Assembly: GCF_009914755.1 (NCBI RefSeq)
Contig: NC_060935.1
DNA from: the human T2T-CHM13v2.0 reference genome, Homo sapiens
Direction: 5' to 3' (one strand)
DNA length: 64,000 bases
The position numbers and the translations under genes were made by a program. The notes beneath the pieces were generated by a model. That model did not search any database. It was not told where the DNA came from and saw only the letters and a list, made by a program, of their open reading frames with translations. Below are positions 28,482-42,440 of this stretch, piece after piece; the stretch's first letter is position 1, and every line of letters starts with the position of its first letter.

Positions 28482-29314
28482 TCAAATGATCAATATTGGG
28501 AGCAGCCAATATTTGGTGAAAAACATAAGCTGTCAATAAAGCAAAACATGTAGCATTGGGAGAGCTCAATGTGTGCTAAAATATCACAATGGAGCGGTTG
28601 CAAGGAAAAATCAGCACACATGTTCAATGTGAGGCTATAACCTATTAAAAACCAAACACATCAGAATTTATACTTACAAAGTAGTGTTTTCCTTTCCAGT
28701 GGTCACTTTCAAAGGCTTTGGACTTCAATGATTTTACCTTATTCAAACCATTTCTGGGGCTCCTTTGGGAATTATTTTCAAAGTCCCTATATATTTTCTT
28801 GAATATTATCAGTTGTGACATATATTCACACTTGGATGACACATTTGCTTTTTTTCTTAGTAGCAAGACATTTGATATGCAGTGAGATGAAATACAGTGA
28901 AGTAACTGGGTAGTTATATTCTGCACTCTGGAGTTTGATCAAAATAGAAATTGGTGAGAAGCTAATGTTATTGTGTGGTAGAAACACACATTTCCTCCCA
29001 GCTTTTCATGAAATGTAATAATAAGTATTATCATTACTTTTAGGTTAATCATTCCAGATGTGTGATATAATCTTTGTATACATTTCTATCTTATTGAAGT
29101 ATTTAACTAGAATTAATTGATTCTGTCATGCAATTTCAACTCTGTTGGCCATTTATCTTGAAGTAACCTGTCCATTGGCATGAATGGAATATATGACATT
29201 TTCATTTATGTCAACATTTTTATCTGGAGAATGGGTGAGGGGTTGGTGGCACCTGAAAGTTCTTAATAGAAATATTTCCTGGACCCATCCCTTATTTCAT
29301 TTCTAAAAGATCTC

Positions 29315-29535
29315 TGTGCATATATACTACATTTCCTTTATCTCTTCATCTGTTGATGGACACATGGGTTAATTCCATTTCTTGGATACTGTGAATAATG
29401 CTGCAATGAACACAGGAGTACAGATATATTTTGGAATTCTGCTTTCATTTCCTTTGGATATATACCCAGTAGTGGAATTGCTGGATCATAAGGTAGTTCT
29501 ATTTTAATATTTTGAGGAATCTCCATACTATTTTG
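29315..29535 (-). mobile_element. L1 fragment (ORF2 C-terminus)
   Basis: ORF 29338-29538 contains [18 protein letters not shown]. Confidence 0.85.
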
Positions 29536-32500
29536 CATTTGTCAAATTAAAAAACAATAGAAGAGCTCTGTGCAAATAAATTTCTGTCTTCTGGATCTGC
29601 ATCACCCTATAGTATGGCATGAAACATTAAAAATTTTATCACCTAAAAGGCCATGCAAATATATAAGCAGTATTTATTATTCTCATTATTCTGTTACCCT
29701 CCCCAAAGTTGTCAGAGAAATTTTCAACCTTGTCATCCTCACCATCCACAGAATTCACTGATTTCTTGGTGCCCTTATTGCTTCCCTGACAGCTTATGCT
29801 TAAAACAACAAACTCCTGGCAATGCCTGTTTGATAAAAATTTCAGTCAGGGTTATATTTGGGCTCCATAAAGTCAAGGATGTCTGTCTTGTTTATGACTG
29901 TATCCTCATCATATTTGAACTAATTTGAAGTTAAATCTCATGTCTTTTAAACTTTCTTTCAAAGCCAATATTCGGTGGCTCCTTCTATAACCCAATTAGC
30001 CTATTTAATTGTTTTAGCCCCACACAAATTGGGGTTTTTCTCAGTCCAGTCTTTATATTTTTGTTTACTACATGCAACAAAGAAGAACCTAGGTGGGATG
30101 GATTCAGCTGATAAACAGTTGGTAGGAAGCACAGCAGTTAAGCAGTTGATACACTTGTTGAACCAATAAGTTTGATAATATTGAGAAACTCATCTAGGTA
30201 GGAGTTATCTCTCAGTGGCTGATGGGCAGTGTTGCAATGTGTAATCTATGTGTACTACTAATACATAAACATTTACATATAAAACTGAAGGACTTTTGAA
30301 AATGTCAGGGAGCCACGGAACCATAGAAAAGCCCAGTCAAATATGTTAAATGCATGCTCATTTAGAAAAAATATATAAAATAGAAACTCTATATCTTTAA
30401 GGGAACTCAAGACGCACTTAATTCTATCCCCTTATGTCTTTCATGCGAAAACTCAGGCTTACCAAGATTAAGCCTTGTCCAAAAGCATGTGCTACATATA
30501 GGCATACCTGAGGCCAGATTTCAGATTCTATTGTATTAGTTAGCGGAGAGTGGAGCACATAGATGTGCCTTCAATATATCCTTTTCATCTACACTGAACT
30601 TAGTTAAAAGCATGCAAACAGCTATGCAGAAAGGGCACATTAGTATGATTCTTGCTGCATAGTGGAAACACATGCCCAAGCTTAGTCTAGTGCTATGCAC
30701 ACAAGTAAGGGAGACAATGCCATTTGTAGAATAATTTAATAACTCCTCAATATTTTTCTTACCCAAGTTATTTTCTCTAATGGCACTCACCGCTGTGCCA
30801 TTCCTAGTTGATCACACATTTAGGAGACATTTGATCTCTCAACAAGAATCTGAGTCCTGGATTTGTAATTTACCAGTTTTAGAACTATGGATGAAATTAT
30901 GACTCTCTATGAATCTCAGGTTTATACTGACAGAGAGTATAATATAGTTACTCTACAGTGTTATTGTGAGGATTAACAGTAAGGCTTATTAAGTGCACTG
31001 CCTGATTTCTAGTAGGTATTCTTTTATCATTCTCCTTGTTGCATTCGCAGCCCTATGTTTATTAACCAATATTCAGTTCCTTGCCATGATCTCTCTTGCT
31101 CTGAGGACTCTGCATCATCTACCCCCTTCACCTTGGACATTGTTCTCTTCCATGCTTCTACTCTTCCTTCAGAGCTCAGTTCAAGTGTCATCTTTCCCTG
31201 ATCTTCATTTTTCCACATCTCAGTGATAGGTGCTTCTTCTATGAACTTCCAGAAAAACCTCTCCTCATCTTGACTCTACAGCCACTGTACCTTATTAATA
31301 AATTAACCAAGCAGGCAAATATTGAGTATTTGTTAGGAACTCAAGTCTTGGGCTCAGCTATGTGGAAGAGAATTATGAGGCATGATTACCAATTTCAGCT
31401 TTGCAAGAGAACACAATGCATAAGAGAATTTAAACATTCTCTGAGGAGCTCATTTCTAAATTGTGTTCCTTACAACATAAATTTTTCATGATGTCCCAGA
31501 AATAAAAGTCTTTGTGTCAAATCTGAAAACATTCACACTTTTTCTGATATTAACAATGCACTTAGCTCAATGTTTTGTGAAGTCCTGATGTAAAGCAGCC
31601 AGCCTACTTTTACCTGAAGAAATTCCCAGCTCCATTTTACCATAGAATACAATTTTTTTCACATAACACCAGGAAGCTGCTTATGATTTAATGATGTTGC
31701 TTGAAAAAAAGGAGTTCCATGCCATGTTCTTCAGGATCGTCCTACAGAAAGAACACTGATAGAAAAGGCAAAAGACTTGAATTCCATCCTTGCTTTACAT
31801 TTATTAGGCATGCGATGCTAGGAAATTCAACCATTTATCAGAGTTCCCTTTTCTGTATCTGTAAAAGTGGATAGTAATCCTTACTCTGATAATTCATTTG
31901 TTGTCCACAAAAATTCAATATTGATGTATATGAACCAGTTACAAAGCATTATAAAATGTGTGTTTTTATTATTATTTTTAGAAAAAAGTCAAAATCAAAC
32001 TAATAAAAAGGTCTTTTAGGGCGTTTCCTTACCACTTTGAAATTTGCTTCATTCCATCAGCCACCTAACCAAATTCACTTATGAGCTGGTTAACATTTTG
32101 CTGAGGTGCTAAGAATTCCTGCTATAGATGATGAAAGAAGCTCTCCCAGAGAGATTCTGTCTATCTTCTTACAGGGAATAATGGAATGAGGGTCCATGAG
32201 TTTCATGTTGTCAGCATTTCCTGGAAATGACAAGCAGACAGTATATGATACCCTCATAGTATTTGGATGACAATGGGGAAGTTTCCTTTGTATGCTGATA
32301 TTCAGGAGAAGAATCACATCTTCGAAATTTGGGTTAAGGATGGAGTAGGGTGAGAGGGACCTCCTTCGGAAGAGTGATACTATGGAATAATCACACTTCA
32401 AGTCCTGAATGAGAAGTCTTGCATCTTCTCAATGATAGAAAACAGACTCTGATAGATTTACTCAGAGTCCAGTCTTGCCGAATTTGGTCAGATTATTTAG

Positions 32501-34818
32501 TATCCTTTATGAAATCTCTTTAAAATTAATGAGCCTCCAAAGAGGTGGAATTTCCCCAGTGGTTCCTCTTAAACTGAACCCAACTAGAGAAAATATTGGA
32601 AAAAATTTCCAGTGTCTATCAACTAAGGCAAGGTTTCCAGGCAGCTCTTTTCTGTGGTCACTGTAGAAAATTGTTGTCTGGGGATTTCAAGTGTGTATTC
32701 TCATTCCTTTCCTCTACCCAACAGAGACTTACTGATGTTGTATTCGAGAAAAATTTTTCCAGTGAGTTGTTGAAGGCAGACATTCATTGCAACTTGAGCT
32801 CATGAAATGTGTAATGAACTAACTCAACAGCAGGTTACGCATCTGGGATTCTAGGGTCTAGTCATGGCTCTGCCATTAGTAACTGTTGACCTCAGGCAAG
32901 TAGGAAAGCTCTTTTATGAGATTTTTCATTTGTGATATGAAACTTGGTATTACATGGACCTCATGGGTCTTTCTATTTCTAATATTCTATAAATTATGCA
33001 TTTTATTACAGTTTTAAATTGGTATATAATTATACATATTCAGAGAGTACATGTGATATTTTGATGCATGTACACAATGTGTAATATCAAGTCAGGGTAA
33101 TTAGGATATTCATTGCCTCAAGTATTTATCATTTCTTAGTGTTGGGAAATATTTCAAATCTTCTCTTTTAGCTATTTTGAAATATAAAATAAATACTTGT
33201 TAACTATAGTAATTCTACTGTGCTTTCAAACCCCACAACATATTCCTTCTCACTAGCTGTATTTTTATAACTGTTAATGAATCTCTCTTCATTGCCACTC
33301 CCTCATGTTCTTCCTTGTTTCTGGTAACCATCATTCTACACTCTTATCTTCATGAGATCAGCTTTTTTAGCTCTACAAATAAGTGAGAACATAACATGTT
33401 TTTTTTTTTTTTGTGCCTGGTTTATTTTACTTAACGTAATAGCCTCCATAGTTCCATCCATATTGCTTCAAATGACACGATTTCATTCCTCTTCCAATAG
33501 CTGAACAGTACCCCACTGTGTATATATGCCACATTTTCTTTATATATTTATACATTAATGAACACTTAAGTTGAATCCATATCTTGGCTATTGTGAATAG
33601 TGCTGCAATAAACATGGGAATGCAGATATCTCTTTGCTATACTGATTTTTTTTTATTTTTGTTGTGCACCCAGCAGTGGGATTTCTGGATTATATGGTAG
33701 TTCTACTTTTAGTTTTTTGAGGAACTTCCATATTGGCTGTACTAATTTACATTTCTACCAATGGTTTAGAGTGTTCCCCTTTCCCCCATCCTTGCCAGTA
33801 TCTGTATTTTTTCTTTTTGATAACAGCCATTTTAATTGGGGTGAGATAATATCTCATTGTGGTTTTGATTTGCTTTTCCCTTATGATTAGTGCTGTTCAG
33901 CATTTTTGCATATACTTGTTGTCCATTAGTATATTTTCTTCTGAGAAATGTCTATTCAGATCATTTGGCCATTGTTTCATTGGATTAACTGTTTTCTTGC
34001 TGTTGAGTTGTTAAAGTTGCTTATGTATATTCTGGTTATTAATGCCTTGTCAGATGTATAGTTTGCAAATATTTTCTTGCATTCCGGTACTCTTTTGAGT
34101 TGATTGTTTTCGTTATCATGCAGAAGCTTTTTAGTTTGATGTAATCTCATCTATTTTTGCTTTGATTGTCTGTGCTTTTGAGGTCTCCATAAAATCTTTA
34201 CCCAGAACAATGTTGTGAAGCATTTGTCCAATGTTTTCTTCTAGTAGTTTCATAGTTTCAGGTCTTACATTAAGTATTTAATCCATTTTGATTTAATTTT
34301 TGAAAGTGATGAGAGATAGAGGACTAGTTTCATTATGTTGAATATGGATATACAGTTTTCTTAGCACCATTTATTGAAAGGGCATCCTTTCCCCATTGTA
34401 GGATCTTGGCATCTTTGTTAAAAATGAGTTGGATGTAAATGCATAGATTTATTTCTGGATTTTCCGTTCTGCTCCATTGGTCTATGTGTTTGTTTTTATG
34501 TCAATCTCTCTCATCCTGTTTTGAGTATTATAGTTTTATGGTATATTGTGAAGTCAGGTAATGTGATGGCTCCAACATTGTTCTTTTTGCTCAGGATTAC
34601 TTTGGCTCTTCAGGGTCTTTATCAGCTCCATATACATTTTAGATTTTTTTCTCTTTCTGTGAAGAATGTCATTAGTATTTTGATGGGGATTTTGCTGAAT
34701 CTATAAATCATTTTGGGCAGTATGGGCATTTGACAATATTAATCTTCCCATCCATGAGCATGAGATAGCTTTCCATTTTTTTGTTTCCTCTTCAATGTCC
34801 TTCATCAGTGTTTTGTGG

Positions 34819-36532
34819 TTTTTTTTTAAAGTGAATTTACAATTTATTTAACATTCAAACTTCATTAAGACATGGGCAATATGGCAATTTTACTGGGGAT
34901 TAAGCCCAAACTAGGATGATTGCTTGCTGGGGGTTAGCAGCAGGGTGCAGTTCACGCTTAGCACTAATTAAATGTTTTATTGAATAATTACAATATCAGA
35001 CAAAATGAATTCAAATGGTTTCTAAAAAGTCAATTTTACAGGCCTTTCTACTCAGGCTAATGAAAAACACAATAAAGGCAGATATGCTAGTTTAACATAA
35101 TTTACTGATTTTATACAGCACTTATATCTTTTAGTCCACAAGTATATTACTAAATGATAGAGAACATCTACTACAATCATTTCTACAGAACTAGGAAATA
35201 AATTTCTAAGAAAGAAAGTTTTTACAGACACCATCTTTTATACCCACCCTAATAGTCTAACATTAAAGAGGATAAAGCCAATGACTTTCCTCACAAGAGC
35301 TCATGACTAATGTCGCCCCATGATCTGTTTTGAGCATTGAGATAAGACTCAAATATTCCCAAAGAAAGAAGCACAATGCATGTTGTGGTTGCCTATTTGG
35401 CAACAGTGAGCACTGCATCCTGAACTATCTCATCCCAGGAATTAAATAAAGTTAGTCACATTCATGGGCATTTCTTCCACTGTATTATTGTAGAAAGTCT
35501 CAATGTCATGAAGAATTATTTTGTCCTCTTCAGTAACAAAATTTATAGCCACACCTCTGCCAATTCTGTGAATACAGTTTTCATTATTGGTAGTTAGATC
35601 ATAGTTTATAACCAAAGACACTTGTTGCACATCAGTCTCGTGAACCATCAAGCCAGTAGTGATCAGAACACCACTTGACTCTGATCAGAATTCCCTCATG
35701 ATAACATCTCTCTCCTTCTGGTCCATGTCACCATGCAGAACAGAAATTATGAAGTCTCTGGCATGCATTTTCTCAGTCAGCCAGTCCACCTCATACCTTG
35801 CATTACCTTGCATTGGGAAAAATGACAGCCTGCATAATAGTCAGTGTCTCGTACAAGTCACAAAGTGTAGTCAACTTCCATTCCTCTCTTTCAACATTAA
35901 TGTAAAACTGTTTGATTCCTTCTTCCTTTTTCACCAGAATTTAAACTGGATCTCTCATGAATTTTTTTGGTCACTTCCAACACATCAGTTGGCATTGTGG
36001 CAGAAAGCAACACAACCTGAATACTTCTATTTAATTTTTGGAAAATCTCATAGATTTCATCCTTAAACCCTCAGCTCAACATTTCATCTGCATCATCCAA
36101 AACAAACATTTTGATCCACCTTGGAGAAAAATATCTTATGTTTAGCATATCAAACACTCTCCATGGTGTACTAGCAACAGTATGTGGTGCTTCTGCCTAC
36201 AGTTTTTGCATTTAATTTTGAACATTTGTTCCACCAATACAGGCACGACAAGTTTCTCCCATATAGTCTCCAAGTGCCAGAATTACGTTTTGGATCTTTA
36301 ATACAAGGAACAATAGCTCTGGGCTGAATAGCTGGAGGCTTCTCAAAACCACAAACATGGAATACCCCTAAAAGAGACTCCTTTAAATTCATACTATCAA
36401 AGTTAACAATCTCATTTCAGTTGCTCTTGATGACAACATTGGATCCATTCCCTTTGGGCTGCCATGTTTTCTGTTATAATCCATGGAGTCACTAGACATG
36501 ATACAAAGAACAACTCAGCCTGACTGAAAAGC
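34819..36532 (-). pseudogene. Processed pseudogene of EIF4A2 (DEAD-box helicase eIF4A-II)
   Basis: Intronless; 5'UTR cttttcagtc, ATG at 36499, remnants [16 protein letters not shown] and [26 protein letters not shown], stop at ~35442, full 3'UTR with aataaa and poly(A) at ~34819-34827; frameshifts; degenerate TSD ttttgt.ttttt. Confidence 0.93.
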
Positions 36533-37536
36533 ATTTTGTATTTTTTATTATAGAGATCTTTCACTTCTTTGGTTAAGTTTATTCTTAAGTATTTTTTTAA
36601 GGTAGCTACTGTATATGGAATTGCTTTCTTGATTTCTTTTCCAGAGCGTTTGCTATTGATGTATAGAAATATTACTGATTTTTCTATGCTAATTTTGCAG
36701 CCTGCAAATTTACTGAATTCATTTATCAGCTCTAACAGTTTTTTGGTGGAATCCTTAGGTTTTTCAAAATATAAGATAAGGTCATCTTCAAATAAGGATA
36801 ATCTGAATTCTTCCTTTCCAATTTGGATGCCCCTTATTTCATCCTCTTGCCTAATTGCTTTGGCTAGGACTTCCATTATTACTTTGAGGAGGAGTGGTGA
36901 AAGTAGACATTTTTGTCTTATTCCAAACGTTAGAGGAAAAGCTTTGTTTTTCCTTGTTCAGTATGATATTAGCATGGGTTTGTCTTATATAACCTTCATT
37001 GTTTTGAGGTATGTTCCTTCTACACCTAGGTTGTTGAATGTTTTTATCACGAAGGGATGTTGAATTTTGTCAAATGCCTTTTCATTGTTTGTTGAAATAA
37101 TCATATGGTTTTGTTCTTGAATCTGTTAATGTGATGTATCACATTTATGAATTTGTGTACGTTGAACTATCTTTGCATTCCTGGGATGATTCTCACTTGA
37201 TCAGGGTAAATGATCTTAATGTGTTCTTGAATTCAGTTTGCTAGCATTTTGTTGGTTTTTACAACTATGTTCATCAGGGATATTGGCCGGTAGTTTTATG
37301 TTTTGTGTGCTTGTGTGTCTCCTTGCCTGGTTTTGCTATCAGGGCAATGCTGGCCTCATGGAATGATTTTGGAAGTATTCCTTCTTCTTTGACTTTCTGG
37401 AATAGTTTGAGTAGGATTGGTAATTAGTTCTTCATTAAGTGTTCTGTAGAATTGAGCAGTGAAGCCATCTAGCCATCGGCTTTTCTCTGACGGGGGACTT
37501 GTTATTACTGATTCAGTCTTGTTACTCACTAACATG

Positions 37537-37581
<45 letters not shown>

Positions 37582-38426
37582 ACATTCTTGACATGTTCAA
37601 ATTTCCTGTTTCTCCATGGTTAAATCTTGGTAGGTTGAATTTGTCCAGGACCTTATTTATTTTCCTTTAAGGTTTTACAATTTATTGGTTATGGTTGTTC
37701 ATAATAGACTCTAATGATCTTTTTGTTTCTATGGTATTAGTTGCAATGGCTTCTTTTTCTTCTTAGATTTTGTTTGAGTCTTCTCTCTTTTTTTAGTCTA
37801 GCTAAAAATGTGTTGATTTTGTTTATTTTTTTTTAAAAACAACTTTTTCTTTCATTTATCTTTTGTATTTTTTAAAGTCTCAATTTCACTGATTTCTGCT
37901 CTGCTCTTTATTTCTTTTTTCTCCTAATTGTAAGTTTGTTTTGTTTTTGCTCTTTTAGTTCCTTGAGGCACATCACTAGCTTGTTTATGTGAAGTCTTTC
38001 TAGTTTTTTGATGTAGGCATTGATTACTATAAACTTTCCTCTTATATGCTTTTGTTCTATTCCATAGGTTTTGGTACATTGTGTTTCCATTTTTGTTTGT
38101 CTCAGGAGGTTTTCAATTTCATTATTAATTTCTTCATTAAGCCATTTGTTGTTCAGGAGTATGTTTAATTTACATGAATATGTATAATTTCCAACTGTTA
38201 TTGATTTCCTATATAATTTCCTTTTGTTATTGATTTTTAGCTTCATTCCATTCTGGTTAGAAAAAACACTTGACATGATGTTGATTTTGTAAAATTTGTT
38301 AAGACTTGTTTTGTGATACATGTTCTATCCTGGAAAATGTTTTATGTGCTGTTGAGAAAAATGTGTATTCTGCAGCTGTTGGATGGAAGGTTCTGTAAAT
38401 GTTTGTTAGGTGCATTTCATCTAGAG

Positions 38427-39005
38427 CAGGGGTCCCCAACTCCAGTACTGGTTTGTGGCCTGTTAGGAACCAGGATGCACAGCAGGAGGCGAGCAGCAGG
38501 CAAGCAAGTGAAGCCTTGTCTGTCTTTACAGCCTCTCCCATTGTTTGCATTACAGCCTGAACTTCACCTTCTGTCAGATAAGAAGCAGCATTAGATTCTC
38601 ACAGGAGTGCCAGCCCTATCTTGAACTGGGCATGTGAGGGATCTAGGTTGTGTGCTCCATATGAGAATCTAATGCCTGATGATCTGAGGTAGAGCTGAGG
38701 TGGTGATGCTAGCTCTAGGGAGCAGCTCCCAATACAGATTAACATTAGTAGAGAGGTTTGACTGCACAGAGACCGTAATAAATAAATTACTTGCAGACTC
38801 ATATCAAAACCCTGTAAGTGAGTAGCAAGTGACAATTAAGTTGCACCCGGTCTCAGCCTTTATAGTGGCAAGTGAGTTGGAAAAAAGTGCACAATAAATG
38901 TAATGCACTTGAATCATCCTGAAATCACCCTCCCCAACCTCAGTCCGTGGAAAAGTTGTCTTTCATGAGACTGGTTTCTGGTGACAAAAAGATTGGAAAC
39001 TGCTG
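38427..39005 (+). mobile_element. MER1A/Charlie3-type hAT DNA transposon
   Basis: caggggtccccaac...gattggaaactgctg termini; 8-bp TSD atctagag/gtctagag, typical of hAT-Charlie. Confidence 0.9.
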
Positions 39006-39769
39006 GTCTAGAGTGTAGTTTCTAGATTGCTGAAAGTGGAGAGTTGAAATCCCCTACTATTATTGTATTGCAGTTAACTCTACCTTTAGGTCTTTTAATG
39101 TTTGTTTTATTTATTTGGGTGCCCCAGTGTTCAACACACATATATTTACAATTGGTGTATCCTCTTGCCATATAAACTGCTTTTACATTATTTAATGATC
39201 TTTGTCTTTTTAAAACCATTCTTGTCTTAAAAGTGTATTCTCTTTAAGTATAGCTACTCCTGATATTTTTGGTTTCCATTTATATAAAATATCTTCTTTT
39301 AATTCCTTCATTTTCAGTCTGTGTATGTCTTTATAGGTGAAGTGAGTTTCTTGTACACAGTGTATAGTTGGGTCTTGTTTGTCAATCAGTTCAGCCACTC
39401 TATGTCTTTCATTAGTGAATTAATCCATTTACATTCATAGTTATTATTGATAGCATTTATTACTGATTTTTCTGGTTACTTATTTTCTTTTGGGATTCTC
39501 TCTTTCCTTTTTCCTGTCTTACTGTCTTCCTTTGTGGGTAATTATTTTCTCTAGTAGTATGTTTTGATTCTATGCAATTTCTATTATAGGTTTTTGCTTT
39601 CTGGTTACCATGAGGCTTAAAAAATTATCTCATAGTTATGACAGGTTATTTTATATTGATAAGGACTTTGATCACAAAAAGTATCAAAAACAAACTCTAC
39701 ACTTGAATATCATCCCTCTACATTTTGACTTTTTGATGTTTCGACTTACATCCTCTTTAAGTCTCTTAT

Positions 39770-40066
<297 letters not shown>

Positions 40067-40172
40067 TTAAATTTAGATTTTTTATATTGCCTGTCTCTTA
40101 TCTAACTGTTGAAGATTTTTTTTTTAGTAGTTTGTCTTTTAGTTTTCATACTTGAGATTTAAGTGGTTTACA

Positions 40173-41640
40173 GAGACCGAATAGCCAAAGCAATCCTAAG
40201 CGAAAAGAACAAAGCTGGAGGCATCATGCTACCAGACTTAAAACTGTGCTATAGGGCTATAGTAATCAAAACAGCATGGTTTTTGTACAAAAACAGACAC
40301 ACACACCAATAGAACACACCAGAGAACAGAGAAATAGGGCAGCACACCTACAATTATCTGATCTTCAACAAACGTGACAAAAACAAGCAATGGGGAAAGT
40401 ATTCTCTTTCTAATAAATGGTGCTGGGATAACAGGCTAGCCATATGCAGAAGATTGAAACTGGACCTCTTCCTTACACCATATACAAATTTTAACTCGAG
40501 ATAGATTAAAAACTTAAATGTAAAATCCAAAACTAAAAACCCTGGAAGACAACCTAAGCAATACCATTCTGGATATAGAAACAGACTAAACAGTGTAAGA
40601 GTTCATGACAAAGAGGTCAAAGGCAATTGCAACAAGAGTAAAAAAAAATGACAAGTGGGATCTAATTAAACTGAAGAGCTTCTGCACAGAAATAGAAACT
40701 ATCAGCAGAGTAAACAGACAAACTACAGAACAGGAGAAAGTATTCACAAACTATGTGTCCAACAAAAATCTAATATCAAGCATCCATAAGGAAGTTAAAT
40801 AAATTTACAAGAAAAAAATAACCCCATTAAAAAGTGAGCAAAGGACACGAACAAGCACTTTTCAGAAGAAGACACACATGTGAGCAACAGTCATATGAAA
40901 AAAGCTCAACATCACTGATCATTAGATAAATGTAAGTCATACTACAATGAGATACCATCTCACACCAGTCACAATGCCTGTTATTAAAAAGTCAAAAGAT
41001 AACAGATGCTGGTGAGGTTATGGAGAAAAAGGAACGTGTATACACCGTTAATCAAAGTGTAAATTAGTTCAACCATTGTGGAAGACAGCATGGTGACTCC
41101 TGAAAGACCCGAAGATGGAAATACCATTTGACCCAGCAATCCTGTTACTGGGTATATACCCTAAGGAATATAAAACATTCTATCATAAGGACATATGCAT
41201 GCATATATTCATCACAGCACTAGTCACGATAGCAAATCTAAATGCCTATCAATGGTAGGTTGGATAAAGAAAATGTGGTATATATACACCATGGAATACT
41301 ATGCAGCCATAAAAAAGAATGAGATTATGTTCTTTGCAGGAATTCAGATGGAGCTGGAAGCCATTATCCTTAGAAAACTAATGCAGGAACAGAAAATCAA
41401 ATACCACATATTCTTAGTTATAAGTGGGAGCTAAATGATGAACACATACAGAAGAAAAACACACGTGGGTCTATTGGAGACAGGAAGGTGGGAGGAGGGA
41501 GAGTATCAGGAAAAATACCTAATGGGTACTAGGTTTAATGCCTGTGTGATGAAATAATCTGTACAGCAAACCCCCAGGGCACAAATTTACTTATATAACA
41601 AACCTGCACATGTATCCTTGAAATAAAAAATTAAAGTAAA
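40173..41640 (+). mobile_element. 5'-truncated older L1PA (about L1PA13-16 type), left member of an inverted pair
   Basis: ORF2 3' end and 3'UTR ending aacaaacctgcacatgtatccttgaaataaaaaa. Confidence 0.9.
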
Positions 41641-42440
41641 AAAGTAGAAATCTTAGAAATAAAGAATACAATAGTAAATGAAAAACTTGATGAAACAAAG
41701 AAAAGAATTAGTGACCTTCAAGGCAGAACATATAAAATTAGCCAATCAGCAGATCAGAAAGAAAAAAAGAATTTTAAAAAGTGAAGGAGGTCTGCAAGAA
41801 TTATGGGATACCACCAAGTGAACAAACCTCTACATAACTGAAATTCCCAAAGAAAATGAGAGAGAAAAAGATCTTGAAAGCATATTTAATAAAATTATGG
41901 TTGAAAACTTCCCAAATCTAGAGAAAGACAACAGCATCCAGTAAAAAGAAGCTCAGAAGTCAGCAATCAAATTCTACCCAAAGAGTAATTATCTAAGTGA
42001 AAATTAATGACAAAGATAATACTCAAAGCAGGAAGAAAAAAGAAACAATCAGCACAATTAACAGAGCCTCAGTAAGACTTTTAGCAGATTTTTCAGCAGA
42101 AATCCTGCAAGCCAGGAGAGATTAGGGTGCTATATTCAAATTGCTGAAGAAAAAAAAAAAAAACTACCAACCAAGAATATTGGACCCAGAATAGCTATCC
42201 TTCAAACATGAAGGAAAGATAGAGTGTCCAAGACAAAAAAATGAAAATAAATAAAAAAGCTGAGGGAATTTATGAATACCAGACATGTCTTATAAGAAAT
42301 ACTAAAAAGAATTCTTCAGTCTGAAAGAAATGGTTGCTAACATGTACAAGTAAATGTCTGAAGTTATAAAACTCATGGGTAAAAGAAAATGGACAAATTC
42401 AGGATACTCTAATACTGTAATTTTGGTAAGCAAACCACTT
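41641..42440 (+). mobile_element. L1M ORF1-region fragment, inverted relative to its parent element at 33005-40172
   Basis: ORF1-like sense sequence; its reverse complement begins aagtggtttgcttaccaaaattacagtattagag, continuing the aagtggttt at 40161-40169. Confidence 0.75.

Noticed and set aside
36412-36876. 154-aa ORF running from L1 ORF2 into the EIF4A2 retrocopy (apparent fusion gene)
   Set aside because: Chance read-through across an insertion junction; the EIF4A2 part is out of frame and both partners are decayed.
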